Below, piece by piece: positions 14,076 through 28,168 of a stretch of 64,000 bases of DNA. Below the pieces are notes generated by a model that had not been told where the DNA came from, searched no databases, and saw only the letters and a list, made by a program, of their open reading frames with translations. The stretch lies in assembly GCF_050320075.1 (NCBI RefSeq), contig NZ_CP190018.1. One strand, written 5' to 3'. Made by a program: the position numbers and the translations under genes. How positions within the stretch are numbered: the first letter of the stretch is position 1; each line of letters opens with the position of its first letter. The stretch comes from Escherichia coli (GTDB taxonomy: Bacteria > Pseudomonadota > Gammaproteobacteria > Enterobacterales > Enterobacteriaceae).

Positions 14076-14999
14076 TGGGGATGTATCTTCCTGTTCATTT
14101 AAAGTCAACTGCCTGACGTTTCTCTCCGAATATTCCATTATATTAATGTTGACTTGTTGACCAGGTGCGCCCTGTATGCTGGCATCAACTCTCTTTTAGA
14201 CTGAACACGCCACTCAGTTTCCTCCCTTTGCGACGCAGCCTGCATTTACACTCAAACGGTTAAGATGATAAATGTGGTAAATCTGTTGGTACTGACATAA
14301 AAACGTTTACGCCACAGGAACGGCCTGATCCACCGGTAACCCCATCGCCGACGTTCGAGTGCCAGTTAGAGTAACGCGCACAGATGACTGAATGCAGTGC
14401 CCTGGCAAAGAGGCCATCGTTCCTGTGACAACTGGCAGTCTTCGTTTAACTTCACTTAATTTGGCTCTTAGGGGGCTTACCGGACAGATGACGTACTTAC
14501 ACCTGTTTAATTTTTCATCACTTATTGGGATGAACCCCCATAACCATTTTGTGCGGCATGTTAATCCATTAAAACACCTTACTGATTGGCAAATCATCTT
14601 TAATTATGACTCATGATAGTTTTATATTCTATTTCTTATCATTTAAACTTGTTTTTTTACTAGTCCATTACACAACACATTAAGACTATTCCTAACACCT
14701 CAGGGCAAAGTTCCTGGCTAATATAAAATGCAAGTAAGAATTGAACGTTATATTGCCAATAACCTTATGAAACTGAATGTCTTTTTCTTCTTATCAAAAA
14801 AGCAATATTTTCATTTTTTGTAAATATTGACTTAACCATGGAATTCCTTTTCTGTTCACATATTGACACTCATCAGGAAAAAAACATAAATTTAAACCTA
14901 ATCGAAATAATTAAAACTTAATCTCGTTTAACCTATATTGATATGTGCTACGTATCTTATTTACTTCCGATTTACTAAAGAAACTGAATGTACCTGTAA

Positions 15000-15611
<612 letters not shown>

Positions 15612-15685
15612 ACTCCAGGCAAGTTAGTTTTAAAAAATGACTCACAGGGACATCACGTCCTCAATTCAACTCGGGAAGAAAAGCA

Positions 15686-16273
15686 ATGAAAAAAAAGGTT
15701 CTGGCAATAGCTCTGGTAACGGTGTTTACCGGCATGGGTGTGGCGCAGGCTGCTGACGTAACAGCTCAGGCTGTAGCGACCTGGTCAGCAACAGCCAAAA
15801 AAGACACCACCAGTAAGCTGGTTGTGACGCCACTCGGTAGCCTGGCGTTCCAGTATGCCGAAGGCATTAAAGGTTTTAACTCACAGAAAGGTCTATTTGA
15901 CGTAGCTATCGAGGGTGACTCAACGGCTACCGCCTTTAAACTGACCTCACGTCTTATCACCAACACCTTAACCCAGTTGGATACCTCAGGTTCCACACTG
16001 AATGTGGGCGTTGATTATAACGGCGCGGCAGTCGAAAAAACTGGCGATACCGTGATGATCGATACCGCCAACGGCGTACTGGGCGGCAACCTTAGCCCAC
16101 TGGCTAACGGTTACAATGCCAGCAATCGTACCACCGCACAGGATGGTTTCACTTTCTCCATCATCAGCGGCACCACCAATGGTACCACCGCAGTAACCGA
16201 TTACAGCACTCTACCGGAAGGCATCTGGAGCGGCGACGTTAGCGTACAGTTCGACGCTACCTGGACCAGTTAA
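15686..16273 (+). CDS. ecpA: common pilus major fimbrillin
   Basis: 195 aa with signal peptide [22 protein letters not shown]; Thr/Ser-rich pilin. Confidence 0.95.
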   Translation: MKKKVLAIALVTVFTGMGVAQAADVTAQAVATWSATAKKDTTSKLVVTPLGSLAFQYAEGIKGFNSQKGLFDVAIEGDSTATAFKLTSRLITNTLTQLDTSGSTLNVGVDYNGAAVEKTGDTVMIDTANGVLGGNLSPLANGYNASNRTTAQDGFTFSIISGTTNGTTAVTDYSTLPEGIWSGDVSVQFDATWTS

Positions 16274-16329
16274 TCTCTCTGATGTACCAGCAGGGGTACC
16301 CCCCTGCTTTATTCCTGGACGGAATTGTT

Positions 16330-16998
16330 ATGAAAAAGCACCTTCTGCCTCTCGCTCTGCTGTTTTCCGGAATATCTCCGGCCCAGGCGCTGGATGTCGG
16401 CGATATATCATCGTTTATGAACAGTGACAGCAGCACGCTGAGCAAAACGATCCAAAACAGTACCGACAGTGGCCGCCTCATCAATATCCGTCTCGAACGG
16501 CTCTCTTCACCGCTTGACGACGGGCAGGTTATCGCAATGGACAAGCCGGATGAGTTGCTACTCACTCCCGCTAGCTTGCTGCTACCCGCCCAAGCCAGCG
16601 AAGTGATCCGCTTCTTCTATAAGGGACCAGCAGATGAAAAAGAGCGCTACTACCGCATTGTCTGGTTCGATCAGGCCCTCAGTGATGCGCAGCGCGATAA
16701 TGCCAACCGCAGCGCTGTAGCCACTGCTTCCGCCCGCATCGGCACCATTCTGGTCGTCGCCCCCCGCCAGGCGAACTACCGCTTTCAGTACGCCAACGGC
16801 TCCCTGACGAATACAGGAAATGCGACGCTGCGGATCCTCGCCTACGGCCCCTGCCTGAAAGCCGCCAATGGTAAGGAGTGTAAAGAGAATTACTACCTGA
16901 TGCCGGGTAAGTCGCGTCGTTTTACCCGCGTGGATACGGCGGATAACAAAGGACGGGTTGCACTTTGGCAGGGTGATAAGTTCATTCCCGTGAAATAG
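16330..16998 (+). CDS. ecpB: common pilus periplasmic chaperone
   Basis: Start at the internal Met ([20 protein letters not shown] signal), 222 aa; operon position. Confidence 0.9.
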   Translation: MKKHLLPLALLFSGISPAQALDVGDISSFMNSDSSTLSKTIQNSTDSGRLINIRLERLSSPLDDGQVIAMDKPDELLLTPASLLLPAQASEVIRFFYKGPADEKERYYRIVWFDQALSDAQRDNANRSAVATASARIGTILVVAPRQANYRFQYANGSLTNTGNATLRILAYGPCLKAANGKECKENYYLMPGKSRRFTRVDTADNKGRVALWQGDKFIPVK

Positions 16999-17023
16999 AT
17001 AGCTGTGCAGATGGATAACGACA

Positions 17024-19549
17024 ATGCCTTTACGACGGTTCTCCCCAGGACTGAAAGCCCAGTTTGCCTTCGGCATGGTCTTTTTGTTCGTTCAGCCCGA
17101 TGCCAGCGCTGCTGACATAAGTGCGCAGCAAATCGGTGGGGTGATTATTCCGCAGGCCTTCAGTCAGGCGCTTCAGGACGGCATGAGCGTCCCGCTCTAT
17201 ATTCATCTTGCCGGTAGCCAGGGTCGCCAGGACGATCAGCGAATCGGCAGCGCTTTTATCTGGTTGGATGATGGACAGCTACGCATCCGGAAAATACAGC
17301 TGGAAGAGAGTGAAGATAACGCCAGTGTCAGCGAACAAACTCGACAGCAGCTGATGGCTCTGGCCAACGCCCCGTTCAATGAGGCCCTTACCATCCCCCT
17401 GACTGACAACGCGCAGCTGGATCTCAGCTTGCGCCAACTGCTGCTGCAGCTGGTGGTCAAGCGCGAAGCGCTGGGCACCGTACTACGCTCACGTAGCGAA
17501 GACATCGGGCAGTCCAGTGTTAACACCCTCAGCAGTAATCTGAGCTATAACTTCGGCGTCTATAACAACCAGTTGCGTAACGGCGGGAGCAACACATCCA
17601 GCTATCTGTCGCTGAATAACGTTACTGCGCTGCGCGAACATCACGTGGTGCTCGACGGCTCACTGTACGGGATTGGTAGCGGTCAACAGGACAGTGAATT
17701 ATATAAAGCGATGTATGAACGCGATTTTGCTGGTCACCGATTTGCCGGTGGAATGCTCGACACCTGGAACTTGCAGTCCTTAGGGCCGATGACCGCCATT
17801 TCAGCAGGGAAGATTTACGGCCTTTCCTGGGGAAACCAGGCCAGCTCCACCATCTTCGACAGCAGCCAGTCAGCCACGCCAGTGATCGCCTTTTTACCGG
17901 CGGCGGGCGAAGTACATCTCACCCGTGATGGGCGACTACTAAGCGTTCAGAACTTCACCATGGGCAATCATGAAGTGGATACCCGGGGTCTACCGTACGG
18001 TATTTACGATGTGGAAGTTGAGGTGATCGTTAACGGTCGCGTGATCAGCAAACGCACCCAGCGGGTCAATAAGCTGTTTAGCCGGGGGCGCGGCGTCGGT
18101 GCACCACTGGCGTGGCAGATATGGGGCGGTAGCTTTCATATGGATCGCTGGTCGGAAAACGGGAAAAAGACGCGACCAGCTAAAGAGAGTTGGCTGGCAG
18201 GTGCCTCAACCTCCGGCTCACTGAGTACGCTTAGCTGGGCGGCAACGGGATATGGATACGATAATCAGGCGGTGGGTGAAACCCGTCTGACGCTGCCGCT
18301 TGGGGGGGCGATCAACGTTAACCTGCAAAACATGCTGGCCAGTGACAGCTCATGGAGCAACATCGCCAGCATCAGCGCCACTCTACCTGGAGGCTTCAGT
18401 TCTCTGTGGGTTAACCAGGAAAAAACCCGCATTGGCAATCAATTGCGACGTAGCGATGCCGACAACCGTGCAATCGGCGGCACACTCAACCTGAACTCAC
18501 TGTGGTCGAAGCTGGGTACGTTCAGCATCAGCTACAATGATGACCGCCGCTACAACAGCCATTATTACACGGCAGATTACTATCAAAATGTCTACAGCGG
18601 TCCCTTTGGTTCGCTTGGCCTGCGGGCCGGTATTCAGCGCTATAACAACGGCGACAGCAGCGCCAATACAGGGAAATATATCGCTCTCGATCTCTCGCTA
18701 CCACTGGGCAACTGGTTTAGCGCAGGGATGACCCATCAAAACGGCTACACCATGGCAAACCTGTCAGCACGCAAACAGTTTGATGAAGGAACCATTCGCA
18801 CTGTTGGTGCCAATCTGTCACGAGCCATCTCCGGCGATACCGGTGATGACAAAACCCTCAGCGGTGGGGCGTATGCACAGTTCGACGCTCGTTACGCCAG
18901 CGGAACGCTGAACGTCAATAGCGCGGCGGACGGCTACATCAATACCAATTTGACCGCCAACGGCAGCGTCGGCTGGCAAGGTAAAAACATCGCTGCCAGC
19001 GGGCGGACCGATGGCAATGCTGGGGTGATATTCGACACTGGCCTGGAGAACGATGGTCAGATCAGCGCCAAAATCAACGGGCGGATTTTCCCGCTTAACG
19101 GCAAGCGTAACTATCTCCCGCTCTCTCCCTATGGAAGATATGAGGTGGAGTTACAGAACAGCAAAAACTCACTCGACAGTTACGATATCGTCAGCGGTCG
19201 CAAAAGCCATCTGACTCTCTATCCAGGCAATGTCGCTGTCATTGAGCCAGAAGTGAAGCAGATGGTTACCGTCTCCGGTCGTATCCGTGCGGAAGACGGC
19301 ACACTGCTGGCTAACGCACGGATTAACAACCATATCGGCCGAACCCGAACCGATGAAAACGGCGAGTTTGTCATGGACGTGGATAAGAAATACCCCACTA
19401 TCGATTTTCGCTACAGTGGCAATAAAACCTGCGAAGTGGCACTGGAACTCAACCAGGCGCGCGGTGCCGTCTGGGTCGGTGATGTGGTCTGCAGCGGCCT
19501 CTCATCGTGGGCGGCGGTGACGCAGACAGGAGAAGAGAATGAGAGTTAA
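17024..19549 (+). CDS. ecpC: common pilus outer-membrane usher
   Basis: 841 aa, signal peptide; operon position between chaperone and tip adhesin. Confidence 0.9.
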   Translation: MPLRRFSPGLKAQFAFGMVFLFVQPDASAADISAQQIGGVIIPQAFSQALQDGMSVPLYIHLAGSQGRQDDQRIGSAFIWLDDGQLRIRKIQLEESEDNASVSEQTRQQLMALANAPFNEALTIPLTDNAQLDLSLRQLLLQLVVKREALGTVLRSRSEDIGQSSVNTLSSNLSYNFGVYNNQLRNGGSNTSSYLSLNNVTALREHHVVLDGSLYGIGSGQQDSELYKAMYERDFAGHRFAGGMLDTWNLQSLGPMTAISAGKIYGLSWGNQASSTIFDSSQSATPVIAFLPAAGEVHLTRDGRLLSVQNFTMGNHEVDTRGLPYGIYDVEVEVIVNGRVISKRTQRVNKLFSRGRGVGAPLAWQIWGGSFHMDRWSENGKKTRPAKESWLAGASTSGSLSTLSWAATGYGYDNQAVGETRLTLPLGGAINVNLQNMLASDSSWSNIASISATLPGGFSSLWVNQEKTRIGNQLRRSDADNRAIGGTLNLNSLWSKLGTFSISYNDDRRYNSHYYTADYYQNVYSGPFGSLGLRAGIQRYNNGDSSANTGKYIALDLSLPLGNWFSAGMTHQNGYTMANLSARKQFDEGTIRTVGANLSRAISGDTGDDKTLSGGAYAQFDARYASGTLNVNSAADGYINTNLTANGSVGWQGKNIAASGRTDGNAGVIFDTGLENDGQISAKINGRIFPLNGKRNYLPLSPYGRYEVELQNSKNSLDSYDIVSGRKSHLTLYPGNVAVIEPEVKQMVTVSGRIRAEDGTLLANARINNHIGRTRTDENGEFVMDVDKKYPTIDFRYSGNKTCEVALELNQARGAVWVGDVVCSGLSSWAAVTQTGEENES

Positions 19550-21182
19550 CCTACTGATAGCGATGATAATCGTTGCGCTAATCTGGCCTGCAACCGCGCT
19601 CAGAGCGGCAGTGAGCAAAACCACCTGGGCGGATGCTCCGGCACGCGAGTTTGTGTTTGTCGAAAACAACTCAGACGACAACTTTTTCGTCACTCCTGGC
19701 GGGGCGCTGGATCCGCGCCTGACCGGTGCCAACCGCTGGACCGGTTTAAAATACAATGGTTCAGGAACCATCTATCAGCAAAGCCTCGGCTACATTGATA
19801 ACGGTTACAACACCGGCCTTTATACCAACTGGAAGTTTGATATGTGGCTGGAAAATTCACCAGTTTCATCTCCTTTAACTGGCTTGCGCTGCATCAACTG
19901 GTACGCTGGGTGTAATATGACCACCAGTCTTATCCTGCCGCAAACCACCGACGCCAGTGGATTTTATGGCGCGACGGTGACCAGCGGCGGCGCGAAGTGG
20001 ATGCACGGCATGTTGTCAGACGCGTTTTACCAGTATCTGCAACAAATGCCCGTCGGCAGCAGCTTTACAATGACCATCAATGCCTGCCAGACCTCTGTGA
20101 ACTATGACGCCAGCAGCGGCGCACGCTGTAAGGATCAGGCCTCCGGCAACTGGTATGTTCGCAACGTCACCCATACGAAAGCAGCAAATCTACGGTTGAT
20201 AAATACCCACTCGCTGGCGGAGGTGTTTATCAACAGCGACGGAGTACCGACTCTGGGCGAAGGGAACGCCGACTGCCGGACGCAAACCATCGGCAGCCGT
20301 TCAGGATTAAGTTGTAAGATGGTTAACTATACCCTGCAAACAAACGGACTCAGCAACACCTCAATCCATATATTCCCGGCGATCGCCAACTCGTCGTTAG
20401 CCTCGGCCGTCGGGGCGTACGATATGCAGTTCAGTCTGAATGGCAGTTCATGGAAACCGGTGAGCAATACTGCCTATTACTACACCTTCAACGAGATGAA
20501 GAGCGCAGACTCGATCTATGTTTTCTTCTCGAGCAACTTCTTTAAGCAGATGGTGAACCTCGGGATCAGCGATATCAACACCAAAGATCTATTCAACTTT
20601 CGCTTTCAGAACACCACATCACCGGAGTCTGGCTGGTATGAATTTTCTACCTCCAACACGCTGATTATCAAACCCCGTGATTTCAGCATCAGTATTATCT
20701 CCGATGAATATACTCAGACACCGTCGCGGGAGGGATATGTTGGCAGCGGCGAGTCGGCACTCGATTTCGGCTATATCGTAACCACCAGCGGTAAAACAGC
20801 TGCCGACGAAGTGCTGATCAAGGTGACCGGACCCGCGCAGGTGATTGGCGGGCGCTCCTATTGTGTCTTCAGCTCCGATGATGGTAAGGCGAAAGTACCG
20901 TTCCCGGCGACGCTTTCCTTTATTACCCGCAGCGGAGCTACAAAAACCTACGATGCCGGGTGCGATGATAGCTGGCGGGATATGACCGATGCGCTGTGGC
21001 TGACCACACCGTGGACTGATATCTCTGGCGAAGTGGGGCAGATGGATAAGACCACAGTCAAATTTTCGATTCCAATGGATAACGCCATTTCGCTGCGTAC
21101 GGTAGATGATAACGGCTGGTTTGGCGAAGTCAGCGCTTCAGGAGAGATTCATGTTCAGGCGACGTGGCGTAACATTAACTAA
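19539..21182 (+). CDS. ecpD: common pilus tip adhesin / polymerised fibre subunit
   Basis: 547 aa, signal peptide; overlaps ecpC by 11 nt. Confidence 0.9.
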   Translation: MRVNLLIAMIIVALIWPATALRAAVSKTTWADAPAREFVFVENNSDDNFFVTPGGALDPRLTGANRWTGLKYNGSGTIYQQSLGYIDNGYNTGLYTNWKFDMWLENSPVSSPLTGLRCINWYAGCNMTTSLILPQTTDASGFYGATVTSGGAKWMHGMLSDAFYQYLQQMPVGSSFTMTINACQTSVNYDASSGARCKDQASGNWYVRNVTHTKAANLRLINTHSLAEVFINSDGVPTLGEGNADCRTQTIGSRSGLSCKMVNYTLQTNGLSNTSIHIFPAIANSSLASAVGAYDMQFSLNGSSWKPVSNTAYYYTFNEMKSADSIYVFFSSNFFKQMVNLGISDINTKDLFNFRFQNTTSPESGWYEFSTSNTLIIKPRDFSISIISDEYTQTPSREGYVGSGESALDFGYIVTTSGKTAADEVLIKVTGPAQVIGGRSYCVFSSDDGKAKVPFPATLSFITRSGATKTYDAGCDDSWRDMTDALWLTTPWTDISGEVGQMDKTTVKFSIPMDNAISLRTVDDNGWFGEVSASGEIHVQATWRNIN

Positions 21183-21861
21183 GGCCCTGCTGACAGTGGT
21201 CTGTATGCTGGCGGCACCTTTGACACAGGCGATTTCGGTCGGCAATCTGACTTTTTCACTGCCGTCCGAGACTGACTTTGTCAGCAAACGTGTAGTGAAT
21301 AACAACAAAAGCGCACGGATATACCGTATTGCCATCAGTGCTATTGATAGCCCGGGCAGCAGTGAATTGCGCACCCGACCGGTGGATGGTGAACTGCTTT
21401 TCGCCCCCCGCCAGCTGGCGTTGCAGGCTGGTGAGAGCGAGTATTTTAAATTTTACTATCATGGTCCACGGGATAACCGCGAGCGCTACTACCGGGTCTC
21501 ATTTCGCGAGGTCCCCACTCGTAACCTGACAAAACGCAGCCCTACCGGCGGTGAGGTCAGCACGGAGCCGGTGGTGGTGATGGATACCATTCTGGTAGTA
21601 CGACCACGTCAGGTTCAGTTTAAATGGTCCTTCGACCAGGTGACAGGAACGGTAAGTAACACTGGCAACACATGGTTTAAGCTACTGATTAAGCCAGGAT
21701 GTGATTCGACCGAAGAGGAAGGCGATGCCTGGTATCTACGTCCGGGAGAGGTGGTTCATCAGCCTGAGTTACGTCAGCCGGGGAATCATTATCTGGTCTA
21801 TAACGACAAATTCATTAAGATTAGCGATTCCTGTCCGGCTAAGCCCCCTTCGGCGGACTAA
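21151..21861 (+). CDS. ecpE: common pilus second chaperone
   Basis: Start at the internal Met ([27 protein letters not shown] signal), 236 aa; paralogous to ecpB (shared YYR, VVxPRQ motifs). Confidence 0.9.
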   Translation: MFRRRGVTLTKALLTVVCMLAAPLTQAISVGNLTFSLPSETDFVSKRVVNNNKSARIYRIAISAIDSPGSSELRTRPVDGELLFAPRQLALQAGESEYFKFYYHGPRDNRERYYRVSFREVPTRNLTKRSPTGGEVSTEPVVVMDTILVVRPRQVQFKWSFDQVTGTVSNTGNTWFKLLIKPGCDSTEEEGDAWYLRPGEVVHQPELRQPGNHYLVYNDKFIKISDSCPAKPPSAD

Positions 21862-22173
21862 GACTTATCCATCGGTCAAGGGAAGAACTCCACCTCAGAG
21901 ACTCAAAAATCGTTTAAATAATGTGGAAGCGATCGTCAATGTCACCTGTAACGATGGGCTTTCTCATATGTACACCATAGTGTTCAGGAGACGCGGAAAG
22001 GTACCAGGCAGCCTGCTAACGAGTGGTTTATTCACGAATTAGTACGTAAAATCGGTAACGGCTGGAAATCATTCAATACTCACACTATCGAAAGTTCCCC
22101 AGCCAACCGCGGTACGTTCTTACATACGATGTACCGCTGTTCTCTTTACGATTTATAGCTGTACTGGTGAATT

Positions 22174-22503
22174 ATGAGCAATCTGAATCCATGCATGACG
22201 TGTGGTGCCTGTTGTGCATTTTTCCGCGTCTCTTTTTACTGGGCCGAAGCCGACGATGCTGGCGGTACCATTCCCGCCAGGCTCACTGAACAAATATCCC
22301 CTTTTCACCGATGCATGAGCGGTACCAATCAGAAAAACCCCCGATGTATTGCCCTTGCAGGAACACCGGGCAAAAATGCCTGCTGCACGATATATAAAAA
22401 TCGATCGTCCACGTGCAGAGAATTCGCCATGTCTGGTGAGAACGGAGTCGTCAATGAGGCTTGCAATCGTGCAAGAGCTAAATACGGGCTGACACCGTTA
22501 TAA
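22174..22503 (+). CDS. ykgJ: Cys-rich zinc/iron-chelating domain protein (UPF0153)
   Basis: 109 aa with CxxCxxCC and further Cys clusters; conserved position after ecpE. Confidence 0.85.
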
Positions 22504-22710
22504 ATATGCAATAATTAATTGCACTGCCCCGCCAGCTATAATCGCGGGGCTTCGTTTTTCAGGGATAACAAAACCCGAAACTTCTTCCATCTGCCAGCAA
22601 CAATGCCTCTTCCTCTATAGTGTTCTCCGGATCTACAGCATCCTGAAGTAGCGCGATGTACTCACGGGCTATCTGCTTCAGAAAGTAAAAAGCAATGTTT
22701 TTAACCTATA

Positions 22711-22740
22711 AAAATGGCGCTGCATTTGCGCCATTTTTAT
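22711..22740. terminator. bidirectional rho-independent terminator between ykgJ and yagU
   Basis: Hairpin AAATGGCGC / GCGCCATTT flanked by A-run and T-run. Confidence 0.65.
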
Positions 22741-22751
22741 TATTCAATGCA

Positions 22752-23366
22752 TTATCTGTTTGAGCCTAAAGGGATCTCAGGGTCTGGCTCATGAGTAATT
22801 CTGTTTCGTAAATCTCTGCGAATAATTTCAATGGACCAGAACCAGACTAAATGTCCAAAAATTTCAGAAACATTCTCATACCACGGGAGATCAAACAGAG
22901 GTGGCGTCAGTCCCATGAGAGGGAATGAAATCATATGAACAAAAAGTTGGGCTAAAGCACCTGCCAGTAAGCCCTGCCAGAGTTTAATTTTTGGAAATAC
23001 TTCAGCGACCACACAATAACCGACAGCAAACACTATCGAAAAGATAATGTGCGTAACACCAACCCAGTTAAAGACATGCCCGGCAAAGGTATAAACAGCC
23101 GCATTGGGATCTGTCAGCCCCAACCAGTCTCGAAGAAAAATATACGGAGGATTGAGAAAATTACGGGAGCAATCAATTTGCCCAGCAGCCCTGATTAATG
23201 ATTCCGGGCCACACGCTGCATTAAACATATCCACCGGGCTACGTGGCGGCAATGGAACTTCAGCCCCCCACTTCACAAATGCGGAAACAACGCCAGCAAT
23301 CAGCCCAATGAATGCAGCAAGACCATAACGTCTGCGGTTCGGTGGAGTTTGTTCAAATATATTCAT
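22752..23366 (-). CDS. yagU: inner-membrane protein, DUF1440 family
   Basis: 204 aa, several hydrophobic helices; conserved neighbour of the pao locus. Confidence 0.85.
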
Positions 23367-23771
23367 ATCTACCCTGCTTGTACCATTATGTTATACACCT
23401 CTTCAGGAGTATTCATAAAATAAGACAAATGTAAAGAACTGTATTGTTTTGTATAATGCAATGGTGACTAATCGCCAATGAATATAAGCACCATCATTTC
23501 TCCCTATTTTTATATTAAAAGTGACAACGATTTACAGGGTGATGCTGAGCTGACAATCACAGGTTTCCTTATCGGTTTTTGCATCGCACAACTAAAGCAA
23601 TAAACTAGCTCCCGTCATCGGCGAATATGAATTAATTAGCCGGGCTCATAGCTGCATTCGCGTTTTAAGAATAATCCTCCTGCTCTCACCGACTATGCTT
23701 AACGTTTAAAAAAGCATCAGCACTCTCGCAACGCACTCTTATTTTCCCCTTTAGAATACCGGAGGCCTGGT

Positions 23772-24461
23772 ATGAGCAACCAAGGCGAATACCCCGAAGA
23801 TAATCGGGTTGGGAAGCACGAGCCGCACGATTTTAGTTTGACCCGTCGCGATCTGATTAAAGTCAGCGCCGCAACGGCGGCGACCGCCGTGGTTTATCCT
23901 CATTCTACGCTTGCGGCAAGCGTTCCGGCAGCTACACCCGCGCCAGAGATAATGCCCCTGACACTTAAGGTGAACGGCAAAACCGAGCAGTTGGACGTTG
24001 ATACCCGAACCACGCTACTGGACGCTTTGCGTGAAAATCTGCATCTGATCGGTACCAAGAAAGGTTGCGATCACGGACAGTGCGGAGCCTGTACCGTGCT
24101 GGTCAATGGTCGAAGGCTTAATGCCTGCCTGACGCTTGCAGTCATGCATCAGGGGGCCGAGATCACCACCATTGAAGGCCTGGGTTCACCAGAGAATCTT
24201 CACCCCATGCAGGCGGCCTTTATCAAGCATGATGGCTTCCAGTGCGGCTACTGCACCTCCGGGCAAATTTGCTCATCAGTAGCGGTGCTAAAAGAGATTC
24301 AGGACGGCATTCCCAGTCACGTCACGGTCGATTTGGTTTCCCCTCCAGAAAGAACGGCCGATGAGATCCGTGAACGTATGAGCGGCAACATCTGTCGCTG
24401 TGGTGCATACGCTAACATCCTTGCCGCCATTGAAGACGCTGCGGGGGAGATAAAATCATGA
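23772..24461 (+). CDS. paoA: periplasmic aldehyde oxidoreductase, [2Fe-2S] iron-sulfur subunit with Tat signal
   Basis: 229 aa; twin-arginine motif ([18 protein letters not shown]), two Cys clusters ([11 protein letters not shown] and CGYCTSG...CRCG). Confidence 0.95.
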   Translation: MSNQGEYPEDNRVGKHEPHDFSLTRRDLIKVSAATAATAVVYPHSTLAASVPAATPAPEIMPLTLKVNGKTEQLDVDTRTTLLDALRENLHLIGTKKGCDHGQCGACTVLVNGRRLNACLTLAVMHQGAEITTIEGLGSPENLHPMQAAFIKHDGFQCGYCTSGQICSSVAVLKEIQDGIPSHVTVDLVSPPERTADEIRERMSGNICRCGAYANILAAIEDAAGEIKS

Positions 24462-27205
24462 AGGCGTTTACCTATGAACGTGTGAACACCCCGGCCGAGG
24501 CGGCACTTAGCGCTCAGCGCGTACCTGGCGCAAAATTTATCGCTGGCGGGACCAATCTGCTGGACCTGATGAAGCTGGAAATTGAAACGCCAACCCACCT
24601 TATCGATGTGAACGGGCTCGGGCTCGATAAGATTGAAGTGACCGACGCGGGTGGGCTGCGCATCGGCGCACTGGTACGGAACACCGACCTGGCGGCTCAC
24701 GAGCGCGTGCGTCGTGATTACGCGGTACTCTCCCGCGCCCTGCTCGCTGGCGCGTCTGGTCAGTTACGCAATCAGGCAACCACCGCAGGTAATCTGCTCC
24801 AGCGCACGCGCTGCCCCTATTTTTACGACACCAATCAGCCCTGCAATAAGCGCCTGCCCGGGAGCGGCTGCGCGGCACTTGAAGGCTTTAGCCGTCAGCA
24901 CGCGGTGGTAGGCGTAAGCGAAGCCTGCATTGCCACCCATCCGAGCGATATGGCGGTCGCAATGCGGTTGCTGGATGCGGTGGTGGAAACCATCACGCCG
25001 GAGGGAAAGACTCGCAGTATCACACTGGCTGATTTTTATCACCCTCCGGGAAAAACGCCGCACATTGAAACCGCCCTGCTTCCCGGTGAGCTTATCGTTG
25101 CGGTGACGTTACCTCCGCCGCTCGGCGGAAAACATATCTACCGCAAGGTGCGCGATCGCGCCTCCTACGCCTTTGCCCTGGTATCGGTCGCGGCGATTAT
25201 TCAGCCTGACGGCAGCGGGCGCGTCGCGCTGGGCGTACTGGCTGTCATTACCGCCAGTAACGCCGGGGCACTCGGCAAAGGCGACAAAAACACCGCCAGG
25301 CTGTTAGGCGGCCCCACTATTGAACACTATCATCAGGCCATTGCGCTGGTAGTGGCCGAGACCTTCGAACAGGCGCGAGCGGCGGCCTCGCTGGTGCAGG
25401 CGCACTATCGCCGTAATAAAGGAGCTTACTCCCTGGCGGACGAGAAACAGGCCGTCAGTCAGCCGCCGGAAGACACGCCCGATAAAAATGTTGGTGACTT
25501 TGACGGGGCTTTCACCTCCGCTGCGGTGAAGATTGATGCTACCTACACGACCCCGGACCAGAGCCATATGGCGATGGAGCCGCATGCCTCGATGGCCGTC
25601 TGGGATGGAAATAAGCTTACCCTCTGGACCTCAAATCAGATGATTGACTGGTGCCGCACCGATCTGGCAAAAACGCTGAAAGTGCCCGTGGAGAATGTGC
25701 GTATTATCTCCCCGTATATCGGCGGAGGGTTTGGCGGCAAGCTGTTCCTGAGAAGCGATGCGCTGCTGGCGGCCCTCGCCGCCCGTGCGGTGAAACGTCC
25801 GGTTAAAGTGATGCTCCCCCGCCCCACTATTCCCAATAACACCACGCACCGCCCCGCCACCCTTCAGCACTTGCGTATCGGTACTGACCAGAGCGGGAAA
25901 ATCACCGCTATCTCACATGAAAGCTGGTCCGGAAACCTGCCCGGCGGCACGCCGGAAACGGCGGTACAGCAAAGCGAATTTCTTTACGCAGGGGCGAATC
26001 GTCATACCGGCCTGCGGCTCGCCATGCTTGATTTGCCGGAAGGGAACGCCATGCGTGCGCCCGGCGAAGCCCCCGGTCTGATGGCGCTCGAAATCGCGAT
26101 CGATGAACTGGCGGAAAAAGCGGGCATCGATCCCGTCGAGTTTCGCATCCTGAATGACACTCAGGTTGACCCCGCCGATCCGACGCGCCGCTTCTCTCGC
26201 CGTCAGCTTATCGAGTGCTTGCGCACCGGAGCGGATAAATTTGGCTGGAAGCAGCGCAACGCCACACCCGGACAGGTACGCGACGGGGAGTGGCTAGTCG
26301 GCCACGGTGTTGCGGCGGGCTTTCGCAATAATCTGCTGGAAAAATCGGGTGCGTGGGTTCACCTGGAGCAAAACGGCACCGTTACCGTGGAAACGGACAT
26401 GACCGATATTGGCACTGGCAGCTACACCATTCTGGCCCAGACGGCAGCGGAAATGCTTGGCGTACCGCTGGAGCAGGTTGCGGTTCACCTCGGCGATTCC
26501 AGTTTCCCGGTTTCTGCGGGGTCTGGTGGACAATGGGGCGCGAATACCTCCACCTCCGGCGTTTACGCCGCCTGTGTGAAGCTTCGCGAAATGATTGCCT
26601 CGGCAGTCGGGTTTGATCCTGAGCAGTCGCAGTTTGCCGACGGCAAGATTACCAACGGTACCCGAAGCGCCACGCTACATGAGGCCACCGCAGGCGGCAG
26701 ACTGACAGCGGAAGAGAGCATTGAATTCGGAATACTGAGCAAGGAGTACCAGCAATCGACCTTTGCCGGGCATTTTGTGGAGGTCGGCGTGCATAGCGCG
26801 ACGGGAGAAGTTCGGGTCCGGCGTATGCTCGCCGTGTGCGCAGCGGGGCGCATTCTGAATCCGAAAACTGCACGCAGCCAGGTCATTGGCGCGATGACTA
26901 TGGGCATGGGCGCGGCACTGATGGAGGAGCTGGCGGTAGATGACCGTTTGGGCTACTTCGTTAATCACGATATGGCGGGGTATGAAGTGCCGGTTCATGC
27001 GGATATCCCAAAACAGGAGGTGATTTTCCTGGATGATACCGACCCCATCTCCTCCCCGATGAAGGCCAAAGGTGTCGGTGAGCTGGGCCTGTGCGGCGTG
27101 AGCGCGGCTATCGCCAACGCGGTGTATAACGCCACCGGTATTCGGGTACGGGATTATCCCATCACTCTGGATAAGCTGCTCGATAAGCTGCCGGATGTGG
27201 TTTAA
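24458..27205 (+). CDS. aldehyde oxidoreductase FAD subunit (PaoB) fused in frame to the molybdopterin subunit (PaoC); apparent internal deletion
   Basis: Single 915-aa ORF: the N-terminal ~258 aa are a CO-dehydrogenase-flavoprotein-type FAD domain ([13 protein letters not shown]), continuing without stop at ...DGSGRVALG|[11 protein letters not shown]... into a molybdopterin-binding large subunit that lacks its first ~75 residues. Confidence 0.8.
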   Translation: MKAFTYERVNTPAEAALSAQRVPGAKFIAGGTNLLDLMKLEIETPTHLIDVNGLGLDKIEVTDAGGLRIGALVRNTDLAAHERVRRDYAVLSRALLAGASGQLRNQATTAGNLLQRTRCPYFYDTNQPCNKRLPGSGCAALEGFSRQHAVVGVSEACIATHPSDMAVAMRLLDAVVETITPEGKTRSITLADFYHPPGKTPHIETALLPGELIVAVTLPPPLGGKHIYRKVRDRASYAFALVSVAAIIQPDGSGRVALGVLAVITASNAGALGKGDKNTARLLGGPTIEHYHQAIALVVAETFEQARAAASLVQAHYRRNKGAYSLADEKQAVSQPPEDTPDKNVGDFDGAFTSAAVKIDATYTTPDQSHMAMEPHASMAVWDGNKLTLWTSNQMIDWCRTDLAKTLKVPVENVRIISPYIGGGFGGKLFLRSDALLAALAARAVKRPVKVMLPRPTIPNNTTHRPATLQHLRIGTDQSGKITAISHESWSGNLPGGTPETAVQQSEFLYAGANRHTGLRLAMLDLPEGNAMRAPGEAPGLMALEIAIDELAEKAGIDPVEFRILNDTQVDPADPTRRFSRRQLIECLRTGADKFGWKQRNATPGQVRDGEWLVGHGVAAGFRNNLLEKSGAWVHLEQNGTVTVETDMTDIGTGSYTILAQTAAEMLGVPLEQVAVHLGDSSFPVSAGSGGQWGANTSTSGVYAACVKLREMIASAVGFDPEQSQFADGKITNGTRSATLHEATAGGRLTAEESIEFGILSKEYQQSTFAGHFVEVGVHSATGEVRVRRMLAVCAAGRILNPKTARSQVIGAMTMGMGAALMEELAVDDRLGYFVNHDMAGYEVPVHADIPKQEVIFLDDTDPISSPMKAKGVGELGLCGVSAAIANAVYNATGIRVRDYPITLDKLLDKLPDVV

Positions 27206-27214
27206 GGAGGAACA

Positions 27215-28168
27215 ATGTCATACTCGCTTTTTGACAAAGACGAGCACTGGCATAAGCCAGAGCAGGCGTTTCTCACCGATGACCACCGGGCCATTCTGCG
27301 CTTCGCCGTAGAGGCGCTAATGTCCAGTAAAGGAGCGGTGCTGGTGACGCTGGTGGAAATACGCGGCGGCGCGGCGCGCCCGCTCGGGGCGCAGATGGTG
27401 GTGCGCGAAGATGGTCATTACTGCGGTTTTGTCTCTGGCGGCTGCGTGGAGGCCGCTGCCGCTTTTGAAGCGCTGGAGATGATGGGCTCAGGCCGCGATC
27501 GCGAAATTCGCTATGGTGAAGGTTCGCCGTGGTTTGACATCGTTCTGCCCTGCGGCGGTGGGATCACGCTGACGCTCCATAAACTACGCTCGGCACAACC
27601 TCTGCTCGCCGTGCTGAACCGCCTGGAACAGAGAAAACCGGCGGGTCTGCGCTACGATCCGCAAGCACAATCGTTGGTGTGCCTGCCCACGCAAACCCGG
27701 ACGGGCTGGAATCTCAATGGCTTTGAGGTGGGGTTCAGACCATGCGTCAGGCTGATGATTTACGGACGTTCTCTTGAGGCGCAGGCAACCGCGAGTCTTG
27801 CAGCAGCCACAGGCTATGACAGCCATATCTTCGATCTTTTTCCGGCCTCAGCCAGCGCTCAGATCGATACCGATACGGCGGTCATTTTGCTGTGCCATGA
27901 TCTCAACCGGGAACTGCCAGTGTTGCAGGCCGCGCGAGAAGCAAAACCCTTTTATCTCGGCGCATTGGGCAGCTATCGAACCCACACTTTACGTCTGCAA
28001 AAGCTCCACGAGCTGGGATGGTCCAGGGAGGAGACAGAGCAAATCCGGGCACCTGTCGGGATATTCCCCAAAGCCCGGGATGCGCATACTCTGGCCCTTT
28101 CCGTACTGGCAGAAGTCGCCGCTGTACGTCTCCGTCAGGAGGATTCATGCCTGCCCCCATCGTCCTGA
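27215..28168 (+). CDS. paoD: XdhC-family molybdenum-cofactor insertion chaperone
   Basis: 317 aa; XdhC/CoxI-type sequence; immediately downstream of the Mo subunit. Confidence 0.9.
   Translation: MSYSLFDKDEHWHKPEQAFLTDDHRAILRFAVEALMSSKGAVLVTLVEIRGGAARPLGAQMVVREDGHYCGFVSGGCVEAAAAFEALEMMGSGRDREIRYGEGSPWFDIVLPCGGGITLTLHKLRSAQPLLAVLNRLEQRKPAGLRYDPQAQSLVCLPTQTRTGWNLNGFEVGFRPCVRLMIYGRSLEAQATASLAAATGYDSHIFDLFPASASAQIDTDTAVILLCHDLNRELPVLQAAREAKPFYLGALGSYRTHTLRLQKLHELGWSREETEQIRAPVGIFPKARDAHTLALSVLAEVAAVRLRQEDSCLPPSS

Noticed and set aside
14307-14616. Overlapping small ORFs (96 aa minus, 74 aa plus) in the ykgO-ecpR intergenic region, possibly ykgL
   Set aside because: Cannot decide from sequence which, if either, is real; region is the long AT-rich ecp regulatory leader; left unannotated
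24317-27205. Arg/Ala-rich ORFs antisense or out of frame within the pao genes (for example 24600..24878, 26353..26616, 26675..26998)
   Set aside because: Arise from high GC content; Arg/Pro/Ala-rich translations without domain features; overlap well-supported genes
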